Assembly (NCBI GenBank): GCA_013239625.1 | Contig: MU053365.1 | Span: 2,266,115-2,330,114, forward strand | Direction of reading: 5' to 3' | Source: Lama guanicoe | Lineage: Eukaryota | Length of the DNA: 64,000 nt | Shown here: one piece after another, positions 52,151-64,000 of the stretch | Numbering within the stretch: the first letter of the stretch is position 1 | Layout of the letters: each line of letters begins with the position of its first letter | The notes under the pieces: generated by a model | Told to the model about the DNA's origin: nothing | Seen by the model: only the letters and a program-made list of their open reading frames with translations | The model's database searches: none | Translations under genes and position numbers: made by a program

Positions 52151-52436
52151 CTAGAAAAAAAATTAGTTTCACCAGTTAACTAGATCAATTAACACCAACT
52201 GAATCTGAACTGCAAACGGCTTTGTGTAGGGCATTAGAATGAGTGGCCCACTGAGCCGGGAATAAAGGGGTACAGAGATGACCCTATTTGCTGTTCATTT
52301 CCACTACAGTAAATATCAAATTCCAGACCTTCTGACATACAATGATCCAACCCTGATTGTTTCTTCCCATGATAGAAAACCATGTTTCTGGAAGAAATAT
52401 CCAGAAAACACATGGATCTGCTCTCTTGAAGCCAAG

Positions 52437-53085
52437 GGTATTCGTTTATGTTGCTGCCTAATGAATAAGCACAACTTAGTGGCTTAAAACACTTCTTTTA
52501 TCTCACAGTTTGTACAGATCATAAGTCCTACAGGCATAGCTTAGCTGGTCTCCCCCTCTGTTTCAGGTCTTACTAGGCTACAATCCAGGGGAGCCAGAGC
52601 CGTGGTCTCATCAGAGGCTCGATTGGGCAAAGATGTCCCTCCAAGCCCCCTCAGCTTGGTGGCAGAATTCACGCCCTTGCTATTGCAGGATTAAGGTGCC
52701 TATCTTTTTGCTGCCTGCTGGCGAGGGGCATGCTCAGAGCCTGATGGCCATCGGTGCTCTCTTGCCCCTTGGCCATCTCCATACCTGCTCTCGTGACAAG
52801 GCAGCTTGAAAGCCAGCACGGAAGAGAAACTTTTTCTGACCTCAAGGAGGCTCAAGTCTTTCTTTTCAGGGCTTTTGCCTGATTAATTCAGGCCCACCCA
52901 GGATAAACTCCATTTTGATTAATTCAAAATCAGCTGATTAGGGACCTTAATTGTAGCTGCAAAGTCCCTTCACCTTACCATCCCCTGTTGGCTAGAAGCA
53001 AGTCACAGGTCTTGCCTACACTCAAGGGGTGTGAACAGCAGGAGGCAAGCAGTGTTGGGGGGCACTGCAAGGTCAATTCTTCACA
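52437..53085 (-). mobile_element. MLT1E-like MaLR LTR
   Basis: aacttagtggcttaaaac...ggcagaattca...ggcccacccaggataa...gattagggaccttaatt...ggctagaagcaagtcacagg. Confidence 0.85.
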
Positions 53086-54825
53086 TCGGGTTCTGCTCTT
53101 GGACATATATGATAACTCCCAAATTAAACACACCATAGATTTAAACAAAACTAGTCACATATGAAAATAATAACCTTTTTTGCATCTGCACTCAATTATC
53201 TTGCCGAATTTCCATTCAAACAAATCCCAAAACACTAGTCTCTGACAAAGTCTGTTCACTAGTTAAATGTAAGATAAGAGCGGCTATTTGAGGTTACAAA
53301 AAGAAGTTTCTCCTTCAACTCCAGTCTGCTACTCCACAGTGGCCCACTGTTGCCAAAGTGTCAACACACTCAGTTTCACTAATGTGAAACTATGTGCAAG
53401 TTTACTGTCCAGCTCTCCGTAGGTATATCCCCAAATTATGCCTTACTGAATCCTCCTCTCCAGCAACATTACAACCACGACAAAATAACAAAGGAAGCAA
53501 TGACAATGGTTAAGTGAGTTGATAACTTCATGGATACAGGAGGAAAGAGATGTCTGGAGATTGTCATTTAAATTCCAAGTTCTTTTTAAAGAGACCAAAC
53601 TTGCCTTGTGCATCTGAAATGAGCAAGAACAACGTTCTTCTGTTTGCAGAGCCCCTGTTGCACAAGAAGACCCACTAGGAATTGCTGGAATGTTCTGAAA
53701 AATGCTTAGTAAGACTACACATGCGTGAAGATATCAAAGACAATCTTTTTTAGATGTTTAGATTTTCCAGAGGTTACTCCTCCTAAACGATCGATTTCAG
53801 GCATGGAGGCCATTGGAAAATTCTCTTGTTATGCATATAGGAGCAGTAGCCTTCAAACAGTAATGTAAGCATAAAGACACGAAGCAGAATTATGATTGTA
53901 GTTTTCAAGTGAGAATCAGTCTTCCATTAAAAATATTAAACAGGATAAAACCTTTTTGAGAGCAGGCACAAATTCCCCCTGATCACCTATGTGTACAGTT
54001 TCAGAATCCTTTTATTTCCACTACATGATAAAATGTCCCGTCAAAGGCACATGTGCTTATGCAAGAAGTTGCCTCGATCATATCCCTGGGCCGTACCTTC
54101 TCATCAACCAATGACGACTCTAGAGATACTCTGAGACTTTTGTATAAAAAGAAAAAGTATACAGTGTGTCTAGGATAGGGCCCAGCACGTGGTAGGTACC
54201 GAAAAGCTATTCTCTGGATGAATGAATGGTAAGGTGCGGGAGGTGTACTAAAGTCAGAGAAACCTACATTCCAATCCCGTTTCCGCCCCTTGCACGTTGT
54301 GCGACCTTAGTAAAATTACTTAGCCTCTGAGCCTTCATTTCCATACCTATACATTTCCATGCCCATAAATTGGACATCATAATAGCTCCCTCCCAAGACG
54401 CCATATAATAGAGTGGTTATGAGCATGAATTATAGAAGCTGACTCCTCGATTTCATCCCCAGTAAACACATGCACTTTTATGTGTTAATTTTACTGGTCT
54501 TCCTCAGAGACTTTCCTCTGAAGAAAATGTTCCATGGTTTAAAAAACAAAGAATTGGAAAACCACTGTTTTGGGTGTCCCATCTCACCCTTGACCATTTG
54601 CTGTGTCCAGTCTAAAGAAGAAGAGGAAGAGGGAGAGAGAGAGAGGTCTTTATCCACTGAGGAGAGGGGGAAAGAGTTAATGCCACCAGGACTGGGAAAG
54701 AGAAATAGCATTTATGGAATAGCCTGTGCCCTGGAGGACATCATTGTACTCTCAAATAAGCAAGGGGCTGCCTTTCCTTGAGATGTCTTGTTATGTAAAA
54801 CAACCATTCTTTTTATCCTTCAGGC

Positions 54826-54978
54826 CAATGTTTCTCAAAGATAAGTATCAACATCACCTTGTTAGACATGCAGCTTCTCAGGCCCCAACCCCAAACCACT
54901 TGGGGTTGGAGGCCTGCCCTCTGGGTTTTAACAAGCCTTCAGATAATGCTTACGTGTGCTCAGATCTGAGGACCATGG
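54826..54978. mobile_element. MER5A-like MITE
   Basis: gtttctcaaag...cttgttagacatgcagcttctcaggcccc...ttttaacaagcc...tgaggaccatg. Confidence 0.75.
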
Positions 54979-55108
54979 AAAACTAAGCCATTCTGAGTGG
55001 TTTTTTTTTAAATTATACCCAAGTATTTTAACTGATATTAATCTGAATACAATTTCCAAAACTAAGATTATTCTCTTAGTTTTTAATGCGCTCATTGATG
55101 GTAGTCCC

Positions 55109-55545
55109 TGTGAGGCTAACTGGTGACCTTCAAAGTCCAGTGACCCCCGTTCCTGGGCTCCCAGATGTCCGCCCACATTCCCTCAAAAAATAAAATACGT
55201 TCTTTCCTGACGTGCGTTTTGCCCGAGCAGAATTAATAGCCCTGGGAAATGGCTAACCTCACAATAGCTCAAGCCCACTTGTCACAGCCCATGTTCCCTC
55301 CTTATCAGTCATAAATCCCACTGACCCTTCACAGACCATAACTTTCTCACCTCACCCACAACCAATCAGAAATTCGTGCACAAGCTGATCACGCAGCTCC
55401 CAACCCATTGTGTTCACCAGCCCCTTCGCCATAAGAGACCCTAAGCTTTCACCATCGCCGCACACACAGGATCCTCTCGTCTGTGTCGCCTGCTGTTGTG
55501 TGTGGCAGTGTACCTAATAAACTCCTTTACTATTCTCCTCCTTGT
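55109..55545 (+). mobile_element. ERV1-type solo LTR
   Basis: caaccaatcagaaattcgtgcacaagctgatcac, cataag TATA-like site, cctaataaactcc polyA signal; shares a block with the 31.3-kb LTR. Confidence 0.6.
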
Positions 55546-55549
55546 TTCT

Positions 55550-55850
55550 TTGGATCCTCACAGCAACCCTATGATAATATTCTATTATCTTCCCCATCTC
55601 ACCGATGAAGAAGCAGACTAAGGTTAAATCGTAGCTTCCCCGTGTTTAACTAACTAGCACGTGGCAGACCTAGGATTCAATACCAAGATTGTCTGATTGC
55701 AAAGACAAAAATGTGAGTGCCATTACTGCACCCATTTTACAGATGAGGAAAACCTAAAGCTTAAAGAGAGGATGTAACCTGCCAAAATAGTAGATGTCAA
55801 AGCAGGTATACAAACCCAGTCTAAAGCTCAGGCTCTTAGTCACACCCTGT
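55550..55850 (-). mobile_element. Two tandem MIR fragments
   Basis: atcctcacagcaaccctatg...gtggcagacctaggattcaa; cccattttacagatgaggaaa. Confidence 0.8.
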
Positions 55851-58800
55851 TTCACTGTCTCCAGCAGATCCTTGTTGACAGAACTAACCCAGCATGAAGT
55901 CCTTTTGTGAACACCTGAATTTCAAGTATTGATATATATCTGTTTCCTTGCTCCTGTTTCGACAAACTTGGCAACATTCTCAGCAACACCTGGGGTTTCT
56001 TTATATCACAGTTTTGTTGAGATGCTTGGTTTGAAGATAGAAGAAACAAAAAGAGTGCGGTGGTGATTATTTAAAGTACAGATACAAGTGGCCAAGGAAG
56101 TGACAGGCACATTAGTTCTTAGAGTCTCTGGTTCAGCTCAGCTAAAGAAAAGATAGGATTACTGAGTTTTTCAGATTGAAATATTCCTTTCAAGTACTTA
56201 GATGCAATGTATCTGCTGCCACGGAAGGTCCAGATGATGGATGTTAGGAGTCTCCTGCTTTCTTTAATATGTGTTATACTCAGGAGCCATCTCTCACACT
56301 AAACCAGTAAGCATTTGTTCCCACATCATGCATCTTGTAAGCCTCCCTGGCATTGAGATGTACTAAGACATCTAATTAATATAAAGATAGATCTGTCATT
56401 ACTAACTCATTGGCTGGTGTTCAGAGCTAGAAATTGCTCCTCCTTTTTGCTGTGCTCCCTTATACAACTACCCTGTGCACGAGGTCACACATCTCACCCT
56501 TTCTTCTTGCTCGTCTGCCAAGCTCTGGCTCCTCAGTGGTCACAGGTTGACAAGTCTCTCCCAGTTATTATCCTGTCTTCTCCTTTGCATGTTTTCCACT
56601 CTGGTCTCCTGGGGAGGCCTCTTCTCTTTAACCAATGGGTAAGATGGCCTCCCCATGGCCCCTCCGCCAGCGCAGCACCCCACCATGGGCTGGCTGACTC
56701 ACACCTCCGTCCAGCTGTGGTCCATGGGGAAGAGAAAATGGAAACCTTTCCACTAGGTTACTGCAGTGCTGGCTCAGTGGCTGGAGCTGGTTCATTTCTG
56801 GATCGGGTCCCCCATGGTGCTGTAGCAAAACAGATCGGTAGGGAACACCGGCCCATTACCAGAATGGAGCAGCAAACACAGAGATCCGGACGCGAGGAGA
56901 AGCAGAGACAACCAGAGAGGACATGAGGACAGGAAGGCCTGCAGAGGGGGCTGCGGACAAGTCACAGTGAAGCACGTGGTGGTCAGGGTCAGGATGGGTG
57001 GGGACTCTGGCTCCCCGGGGAGGCCGCACAGCTCAGTGGTTAAAGACACATGTGCCAGAACCAGACAGGGCTGAATTCAAAGTCCTATTTTTCTATTTAT
57101 TCTAAGACTTTGGACAAGTCACTTCACTTGGTTTCTACACTCAAAAAATCGAGATTAGTCCTGCTTCCCAGAGTTAACTTAATAAGTTAGACGAGAACAC
57201 AGAGCTTAATAAGTGAGATGAGAGGGACACAGAAGTCCCGGCGCGCAGTCTGTGCCCCAAAACTGGTTGTTGCCCTTCCCTCCCTTTCCCAGGAGGCAGA
57301 ATTCGGTCAGGCAGGAGAGGATGCCAAGCACTGGGCAGGGCTTCGCCGGGAAGTCGCCCACTCTGGGCTCAGCTCACTCACCAACCCGGCACACCCAGTA
57401 CTTCAGCTTTGCAGTAGGATTTTTGGAGTAAGTCTCCACAGAAACTAATATTTACAAATTCTCATTTCTGCTCTACTTGAGGGTGCTTGAAACAACTCTT
57501 TCTGAAGCGCGGAAAACATCGCCATTGAGGTTTTTTCTATTGAAATGTATTTAATGATTATTTTTAACTCTCTGATTCAAGAGAACCTCTATTAATTCAC
57601 AAGTGATGGAGACCAAGATGGAGGAGTAGGAAGAAAGAGATAGCAGAACAGGTTTAAAAGAATTGCGGACTTAAGCACTGATTTAGCTCTAGGAAATCAC
57701 CAAAACAAACCAAATCAAATGCAAAAACAAGAAAGTGAAGGCTTTTGGAATGGTCCTTGCATTTGCTGGAGAGTGGAACATGCTTAGATCCCTTTCAATA
57801 TCTCTTTCAAATTTCCAGATACTTTCATGTGACACCCAGATGATATCTAATCCTTTACAATAACTATCTCAGATCTAAATCCAGTGCTGAACATACTTAA
57901 AATGTGATCCAGTTTGTGCCATACCATGTTTCTTTCATGGCTTAAAATCATGCAAAACATGTTTATGGTGCATGTCTGCCCCAGTAAATCTGACAAAAAG
58001 AGGTTCTTATTTATGATGCCCACTCCTGAGCCTGACAACTATGTTTGCGGAAAAGGAAGTCTTAAGAGGCAAGCTCATAACTCAGAAGGGAGATGAGTCA
58101 TCAGCATATTTAAAAGAGAATTTAAATTAGACCAACCCACCCATTAACGTGGTTAGGATTAGTTGACAGGGCATAATTCAATTTACAAATGAAATTTTCT
58201 TTTCTTTTTTCCTCCCCTTATTCAAATTAAGGTGTTTGCCACTAATATATTCAAATTAAGATATAAAGAATTGGGGTACTTGTATGTGCTTATGAGGTCA
58301 TAATAAACTCTCTGTATTTGTGTCTGGGGAAATTATTTCTCTTTTGGCATTAATAAAGTTAAAAAATTAATGGCTTTATGATAAGTCATTTAGTTAGGCT
58401 ATAGTTCCAAAAACTTACTTTTTAATTACAATATTAAAGGCATCTTCCATTGACATGCCTTCTTAAAATGAACAATGCTATTGACTGAGCTCTAGAAACA
58501 ATCAAGATAATCCTGTCAAAAGGACTAGAAGTGGCATATTCTTCTTAGCCCCCATGCCTGCTGGAATCCAGGATTCTGTTCTCTTGTTTTCACTTCCCTA
58601 GTCTTCTCAAGGCGCAGCCATTGAAAAGCAGTCCACCCCCTCATTTGTTACTGACTGCGGCTGGAGCCGGGCGGAGGGAGAGCTATAAGGTACGGGTCAG
58701 ACTTGGGGTGAGGGTCTGCTGCTCTCTCGTTCTCTCCACTACTCTAGTATAGGCTGTTAGAGGCAAGAGGGGATCTAGCTCTTTAGGAAGAAAGATTGTC

Positions 58801-59079
58801 AAAATTAAGCTAGGGATATTTTCTCAAGGATGAAGCACCAGAGATCTTCAAGTCAAGTCATTAAGGCCCACCCGATTCCAGTGAAAAACTGGCACCATTT
58901 GAGATGAGTAGTGTCTCTCTGCAAGCAGCACAACATTCGTGGTTCTTTTATTCTCCTAAGTGTTTTCAGAGGAAGGGTGACTTGGGCAGAATGTGCATTC
59001 CATTAAGCACTCACTATCTATCAGGAACTGAGCCAAGGGCTACGCTTGTATTACCTCATGTAACCTTTCAAATAATCCT

Positions 59080-59627
59080 GTGTGAAGGTGTGGCTGAGCC
59101 TGCTAGCTGCCCATCAAATATCCATTCTTCTTTCTTGCCTCAGAAAGCAAATTATGATGTTATTTGGCATAGCAATGCCACTAACTAAACACATTTCCTA
59201 GCCTTCCCTGCAGCTACATGTGATCATGCTAACTTCTGGTCAATTACATAAAACTGGAAGTATTATGATTATGTCAGACTTCAAGACAGACTTTATAAAG
59301 GGAGCTGTTTCAATACTGAAATGGGCCCTTTTTACCTTCTAAGCATTTTTTCTTCCTGCTGCATGGAATATAGTCCAAATGGCTGGAGCTTTGGCAGCCT
59401 TCTTGGACTATGAGGTGACTTGAAGTTGGAAGCCCAAGTGCTAGTGCGGTGGAGCAGAAAGACATAAAGGAAGTGGGTCCCTGTTGATCTTTGGAAAATT
59501 GTGCTAGTCTTGCACTTCCTGCTTCTAGACTTCTTTCACATGAGGGATAAACTTGTATCTTTTTAAACTACTGTTATTTTTAGTTTTCTGTTTTCTGAAG
59601 TCAAGCTTAATCAATCCTAACTGATAG
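59080..59627 (+). mobile_element. MLT1J-like LTR inserted in a MIR
   Basis: catttcctagccttccctgcagcta...tggctggagctttggcagccttcttggactatgagg...cctaactgata; MIR sequence on both sides. Confidence 0.75.
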
Positions 59628-59869
59628 AGGAGGACACGATTATCACCCTTAATTTACAGATGGGAAAAATAAGTTTATAGAGATTCATTAACTCACCTAA
59701 GGCCCTAGAGCTACTAATTGGTGAAGCATGGCTTTGAACCCAAATACAACTTATATGTGTTCAGTATATGGGATGCATGCACATACAAGCATATGCAGCT
59801 ACATGCTGTCTCTAGTGAATATTAGTTACTTTGTAATTTTTTGATCTTCCCTCCTGTGTAAAAGAAATC

Positions 59870-60085
59870 ATATAGTTACATATATTGAGCATCTAAAATA
59901 TATCAGGCATGTTGTTAAGCACTTCTCATTCATTAAATCATTTATTCCTCACGGCAACTACAAGAAAACACTATCATTATTTTCCATTTTTAGGGATGAG
60001 GAAAATCAGAATCAGAGAGGCTAAGTAGCCTGTCCAAGGCCTCACAGCTAGGAAACAGCAGAGTCGGTACCCAAACTCAAGCACA
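59870..60085 (-). mobile_element. MIR
   Basis: tttattcctcacggcaac...gatgaggaaaatcag..cagagaggctaagtagcctgtccaaggcctcacagcta. Confidence 0.85.
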
Positions 60086-60412
60086 CTGTCCTCTCACAGA
60101 AACCGTATAGGCGCCAAGGCGTCTTCCTACCACCCACATGAGAGTAGGGAATGCCCATCTCTCAGGGTCCTGGGCTCTGGTAGCCAAGAAAAGTTGGCAA
60201 TCCCAACAATGAAGATAATACATGTAGGAGCTCCAACCCCTAAGAGAGAAACCATTTCAGATTTTGTCACCCTTGTGTTTATTACCCACCGACGGCTTCT
60301 CATTGCTTTCAGAATAAAAGTCAGACTCTTCACCAAGGACTACAAAGTTCTGCATCATCTAGTGTTTGTTTACACCCTGCTCTATATGTCACAGCCACAC
60401 TGGCTATTTTTC

Positions 60413-60477
60413 TTTTTTTTTTAAACATTTTTCATTGCGTTATAGTCATTTTATAATGTTGTGTCAAATTCCAGTGT
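60413..60477 (-). mobile_element. Ultra-short lineage L1 3'-tail insertion in an L2
   Basis: Minus strand acactggaatttgacacaacattataaaatgactataacgcaatg plus A tail; TSD tatttttc at 60405-60412 and 60478-60485. Confidence 0.75.
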
Positions 60478-60962
60478 TATTTTTCATACTAGTCCTAGCT
60501 CATTCTGGCCTCAAGAACTTGAAGGTTCTGTTCCTTATGCCTATAGTTTTCTTTCCCCACTATTTTCACATGCCTTTTTCCTTTTCATCAAGTCTCTGCT
60601 AAATGCCACTTTCTCACAGAGGTATTTCCCCCAAGATCTATTCTACAGCAGCTCCTGTCAATTCTGTCACTTGTTTTCATTTTCTGATCCTGTCCGATTT
60701 ATTCGTTAACTTGCATGTTGACTATCTCAGTTAACTCAGATGTAAGCTCCAGCAAACAGTTACCAGAATGGCTGATTCTCCTCTGTCTAATCTTTTACAC
60801 CACAATAATTTACTCAGCAAACATTTAATGAGTGTCTCTTCTGTGCTGGCTCACCTGAGTTCTTTGCATTTGATGACTGTTTAACTTGGGGCAGTAAGGA
60901 AAGATGATCATGACAGGTATCTTTTTAGAAGCAGAGGATTCAGTCTTATTCCCCAGTGACTA

Positions 60963-61481
60963 TGTTGCCAGTAGAACCATTGAAAGAGTAGGAAACTAAC
61001 TAACAAAATGGCTTCCCTGATGCTAAAGCTGTTTGCAGATTCATTCTGACTTAAAATTCTTTCAACTTGTTTTTCTCTTTTCTCTAACAAACCCCCATCT
61101 CTGCTTCACTTGCTCAACTGCTTTTGTGCTAAACAGCCCCCAACCTTCCCATTACACCCTCCGCTCCCTGTACATACTTCATCCGGAATAGATTACCCTT
61201 TAACCCAGAAGCTGTGCTCCAGAAAGGCGGTCACGGGCTGGCAGCCCACAAGCACCCCAGAAAATGCACCGATTGTTGTCGCCTTTCTGTTCTGTCCAGT
61301 TTCTTCTATAAAACCTCAGGACACCAACCCCAAGAAGGATTCACAGTCTCTAAGGCATTAGCCTGCTGTGACTCCGCTTTGCCTGGCAAAGCAATAAAGC
61401 TGTTCTTTTATAATTTTCCAAAACTCTGCCTCTGAATCTCAATTTGGCTATCGGGGTTCAGAGGCCAGTTTTTCATCAACA
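60963..61481 (+). mobile_element. ERV1 solo LTR
   Basis: Inverted termini TGTTG...CAACA; TATAAAA at 61307; AATAAA at 61393; ggcattagcctgctgtg..ctttgcctggcaaagcaataaagc R-region signature. Confidence 0.85.
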
Positions 61482-63784
61482 CCATTAGGAGGTCTCTGTT
61501 CAAGGAGCTCTTTTATTATTAGAATATTGCTCTGCACAAATCAAGGCAACACTCCTGATTCTGCAAGGTTTGAGGTTCTATTCATTCCCCTACTGTTTCT
61601 CTCCCATGATAAAAGACACAGTTTGGCCAGATGATCACCAAAGAAAGAGGATAGGGGGTTCTATGCAAGGGAATTGGTGTAAATATAAAGAACCTAAGAA
61701 AGGAATAAATTGATGACCCCATGCTCCAGACTCTAAGCAAATGAGTTACATGGTATTCATGGTTTCAAAGAAGATGCTTTTAAAAATGTGTTTCCATTTG
61801 TAATCAAGCTATTCTTTCTTACAGTACAGCTACAGTTCTCACGGCATCTGCCCTCATGATCAGGGCATTCATACCCCAGCTGCTGAAAAAAAGTCATTAT
61901 TGCTATTGCTCTTATATGTTACCATCTATAAAAATAGGATAGGGCTTTAAGGGAACAAAGGATGAGATTATTCTCATTCCTGTTATTAACCAGTGTTTTT
62001 AATTAAATGATTTATTTCAATGAAATCACATATCAACATGCATTTATATGAATTAATAAAGATCCTTTGTACCCTTTACCGAGGTTCCCCCAACAGTAAT
62101 AACTTTGGGAAATCATAATAATAACATTGTATCATTGTCCACTGGGATTGGTAAAAATCAAGCTTTTTTTTTTTTCTCCAGGTATTCTGGAATGAAACTA
62201 CTGTCCACATAGGTCAAGATGGAAGAGCCTTTCTTATAAGATAAGAATTGTTTTGGTCCATAATGCCAATGCTGTTTGAATTCCTAACTGATACAATCAA
62301 CACTGGAGGTGTGAGATTAAAAACAAGCATGTCTGCAGTGAATAAAACATTAGTTATTTTATCAAAACATTACACTGGGGCCAGGACTTATAAATAGTCT
62401 CTGTAGAAGAGAAAAATTTATCTAATTATTGTTTCATAATAAGTTTGTCCAGTTACATATTTTTAAAGTTAAAAGTAAACCCCCTAAATTTTAAACACAC
62501 AGCCGTGCACGCACATACAAACACATCAAGCAGAATCATAAAGCAACAGTATTTTTGGACATATTTTATTGACTAAGAGCTCCATGAGGAAAGGGATTGT
62601 GTCTGTCATGTTCAATGCCATCGTCTCAGCATGGTGCCTGGCCTGTAATTTGTGATCATTACATAAATGTTAAAGGACTTTTTTGATTGAATAAATAGTT
62701 CATCAGCAAGTCACAATTTTAGTATGTTAAGAGGTTAATAATTGCTAGAGAGAAGATATAATAAGGTCTCCTTCTCACACTTAATTGCAATAGTTTCCTT
62801 AAAAATACTTAGCACAAATTCCTGTTACAAAAAGGAGACTTAGGCAATCTGCCTTAATGTTATTTAGAGCATCACGGCTCTAAATTAAAGGAAAGAAATG
62901 CTGTTAATCAGCCTATATTAGACTTTTAATACAATTTGAGAGAAACATGCTTTACATCTTACTTAGTCTATCAGGCGGTAAAAATGTTGATATATCAACC
63001 TAGGTTCACACAAATATCTTGAACCTTGTTAAGATTTTAGCTACCAATTTAGCCTCTCCAACTAGCAAAACATCCACACAGAGACACAAGACACTGTCCT
63101 GCCTCACACATGAAATTTCTATCCTCTTGTATAAATGGTCCAAGGTTGGAGGCATCTCCTTTGATGCCTATTTGTAAGTAAATCCTATATATCAGTAAAA
63201 CCTGAGAATGTTGAGAAAAAAATCATTATCATAACTATTAATAGGACTGCTGGTTACTTTTTTCTTTTACAAAGAGTTCATATGCATACAACATATGATT
63301 TTAATGATGATTCATTGGAATCTGTGCTCTTTTTAAAATTTATGAGTAATTTTACTGCTAAATAATTTTGCCGATCTCAACTTTTAAAGCATATTAGTTG
63401 TTAAAGTACTACTTTCTTATTCTCATGTCCATCCTATAGGTAATAAGAAGCACATCACATTCTGAATATCATTTTCGAAAAAACTCACAGTACTCATAAT
63501 CTTGGAATTTCCATGTGAGGCCAATTCAGTCAAACAACTCATTGATTGAGGAGAAATCAGGCAAATTATTATTATTATTGTCATTATTTTCACTTCCTGT
63601 TTTATCAAGCATCTCTAGAGTGCTTTATACTAAACGTGATCATGAAATATATGTTTTTGCAAGTGAAAGGAGATGCTGTGAATAAGGACACCAGGACAAC
63701 AAGCATATAGCATGAGTGGCACAGGCAAACCTGGATATGTGGTTGCCCTATTTATAGTTTACGAAGTACCTTCACTTACATACT

Positions 63785-64000
63785 CTCCTAGGTTCTCCCA
63801 GAAGCAGACTCTGAGCCAAGGATTTGAGCGTAAGAGATTCATTAAGGAAGTGCTCCCAGGAGAAAAGAGTAAGAGAGTGGAAGAAGCCAGGAAAGGGTGC
63901 AATTTCAAGTGAAGTCTCAGCTTCATCCTGGTCCCCAGGGGAACACTGGAGAGTAAATGACACTTGCGTTGATCCCACCTCAGGGCGGAAGCTAGGCCTT
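63785..64000 (-). mobile_element. LTR33-like ERVL LTR (runs off the window)
   Basis: cccagaagcagactctgagccaaggatttgag...attaaggaagtgctcccaggagaaa. Confidence 0.75.

Noticed and set aside
53650..53713. Exon-like segment (ttctgtttgcAG...tta|GTAAG)
   Set aside because: Isolated, weak exonic donor context, stops in two frames and no recognisable peptide
56417..56926. 169-aa ORF
   Set aside because: Non-ATG start, no family resemblance, no supporting exon structure
1..64000. CRISPR arrays, operons, phage or defence systems, intact ERV or transposase genes
   Set aside because: The sequence is mammalian and repeat-rich; I found no repeat-spacer arrays, gene-dense ORF clusters, or gag/pol/env or transposase reading frames

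Overview
This is mammalian nuclear DNA, most likely from a camelid (alpaca, vicuna or camel). The basis is four copies of a tRNA-Ala(AGC)-derived SINE with the AAATAAACCTAATTACC tail that I recognise as the camelid Vic-1-type SINE, plus cetartiodactyl-type L1 3' ends. The window looks intergenic or intronic and is rich in transposable elements: old MIR, L2, L1M, MLT1, ERVL LTRs and hAT MITEs, and younger lineage SINE, L1 and ERV1 solo-LTR insertions. I cannot identify any intact protein-coding gene. The only ORFs with recognisable homology are decayed L1 ORF2 pieces. A possible short terminal exon and 3'UTR of an upstream plus-strand gene lies at about 561-1000. I see no convincing new biological system. 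The items most worth a second look are: (1) an ancient MLT1 LTR carrying a dense CpG patch with BANP-, NRF1-, USF- and Sp-like motifs; (2) a tail-to-tail inverted SINE pair; (3) nested insertion clusters; (4) ultra-short L1-tail insertions; (5) repeat-free, homeodomain-motif-rich enhancer candidates near 4.8-5.2, 27.2-27.7 and 58.1-58.7 kb. Repeat family names come from remembered consensus sequences, not from a database search, and boundaries are approximate.
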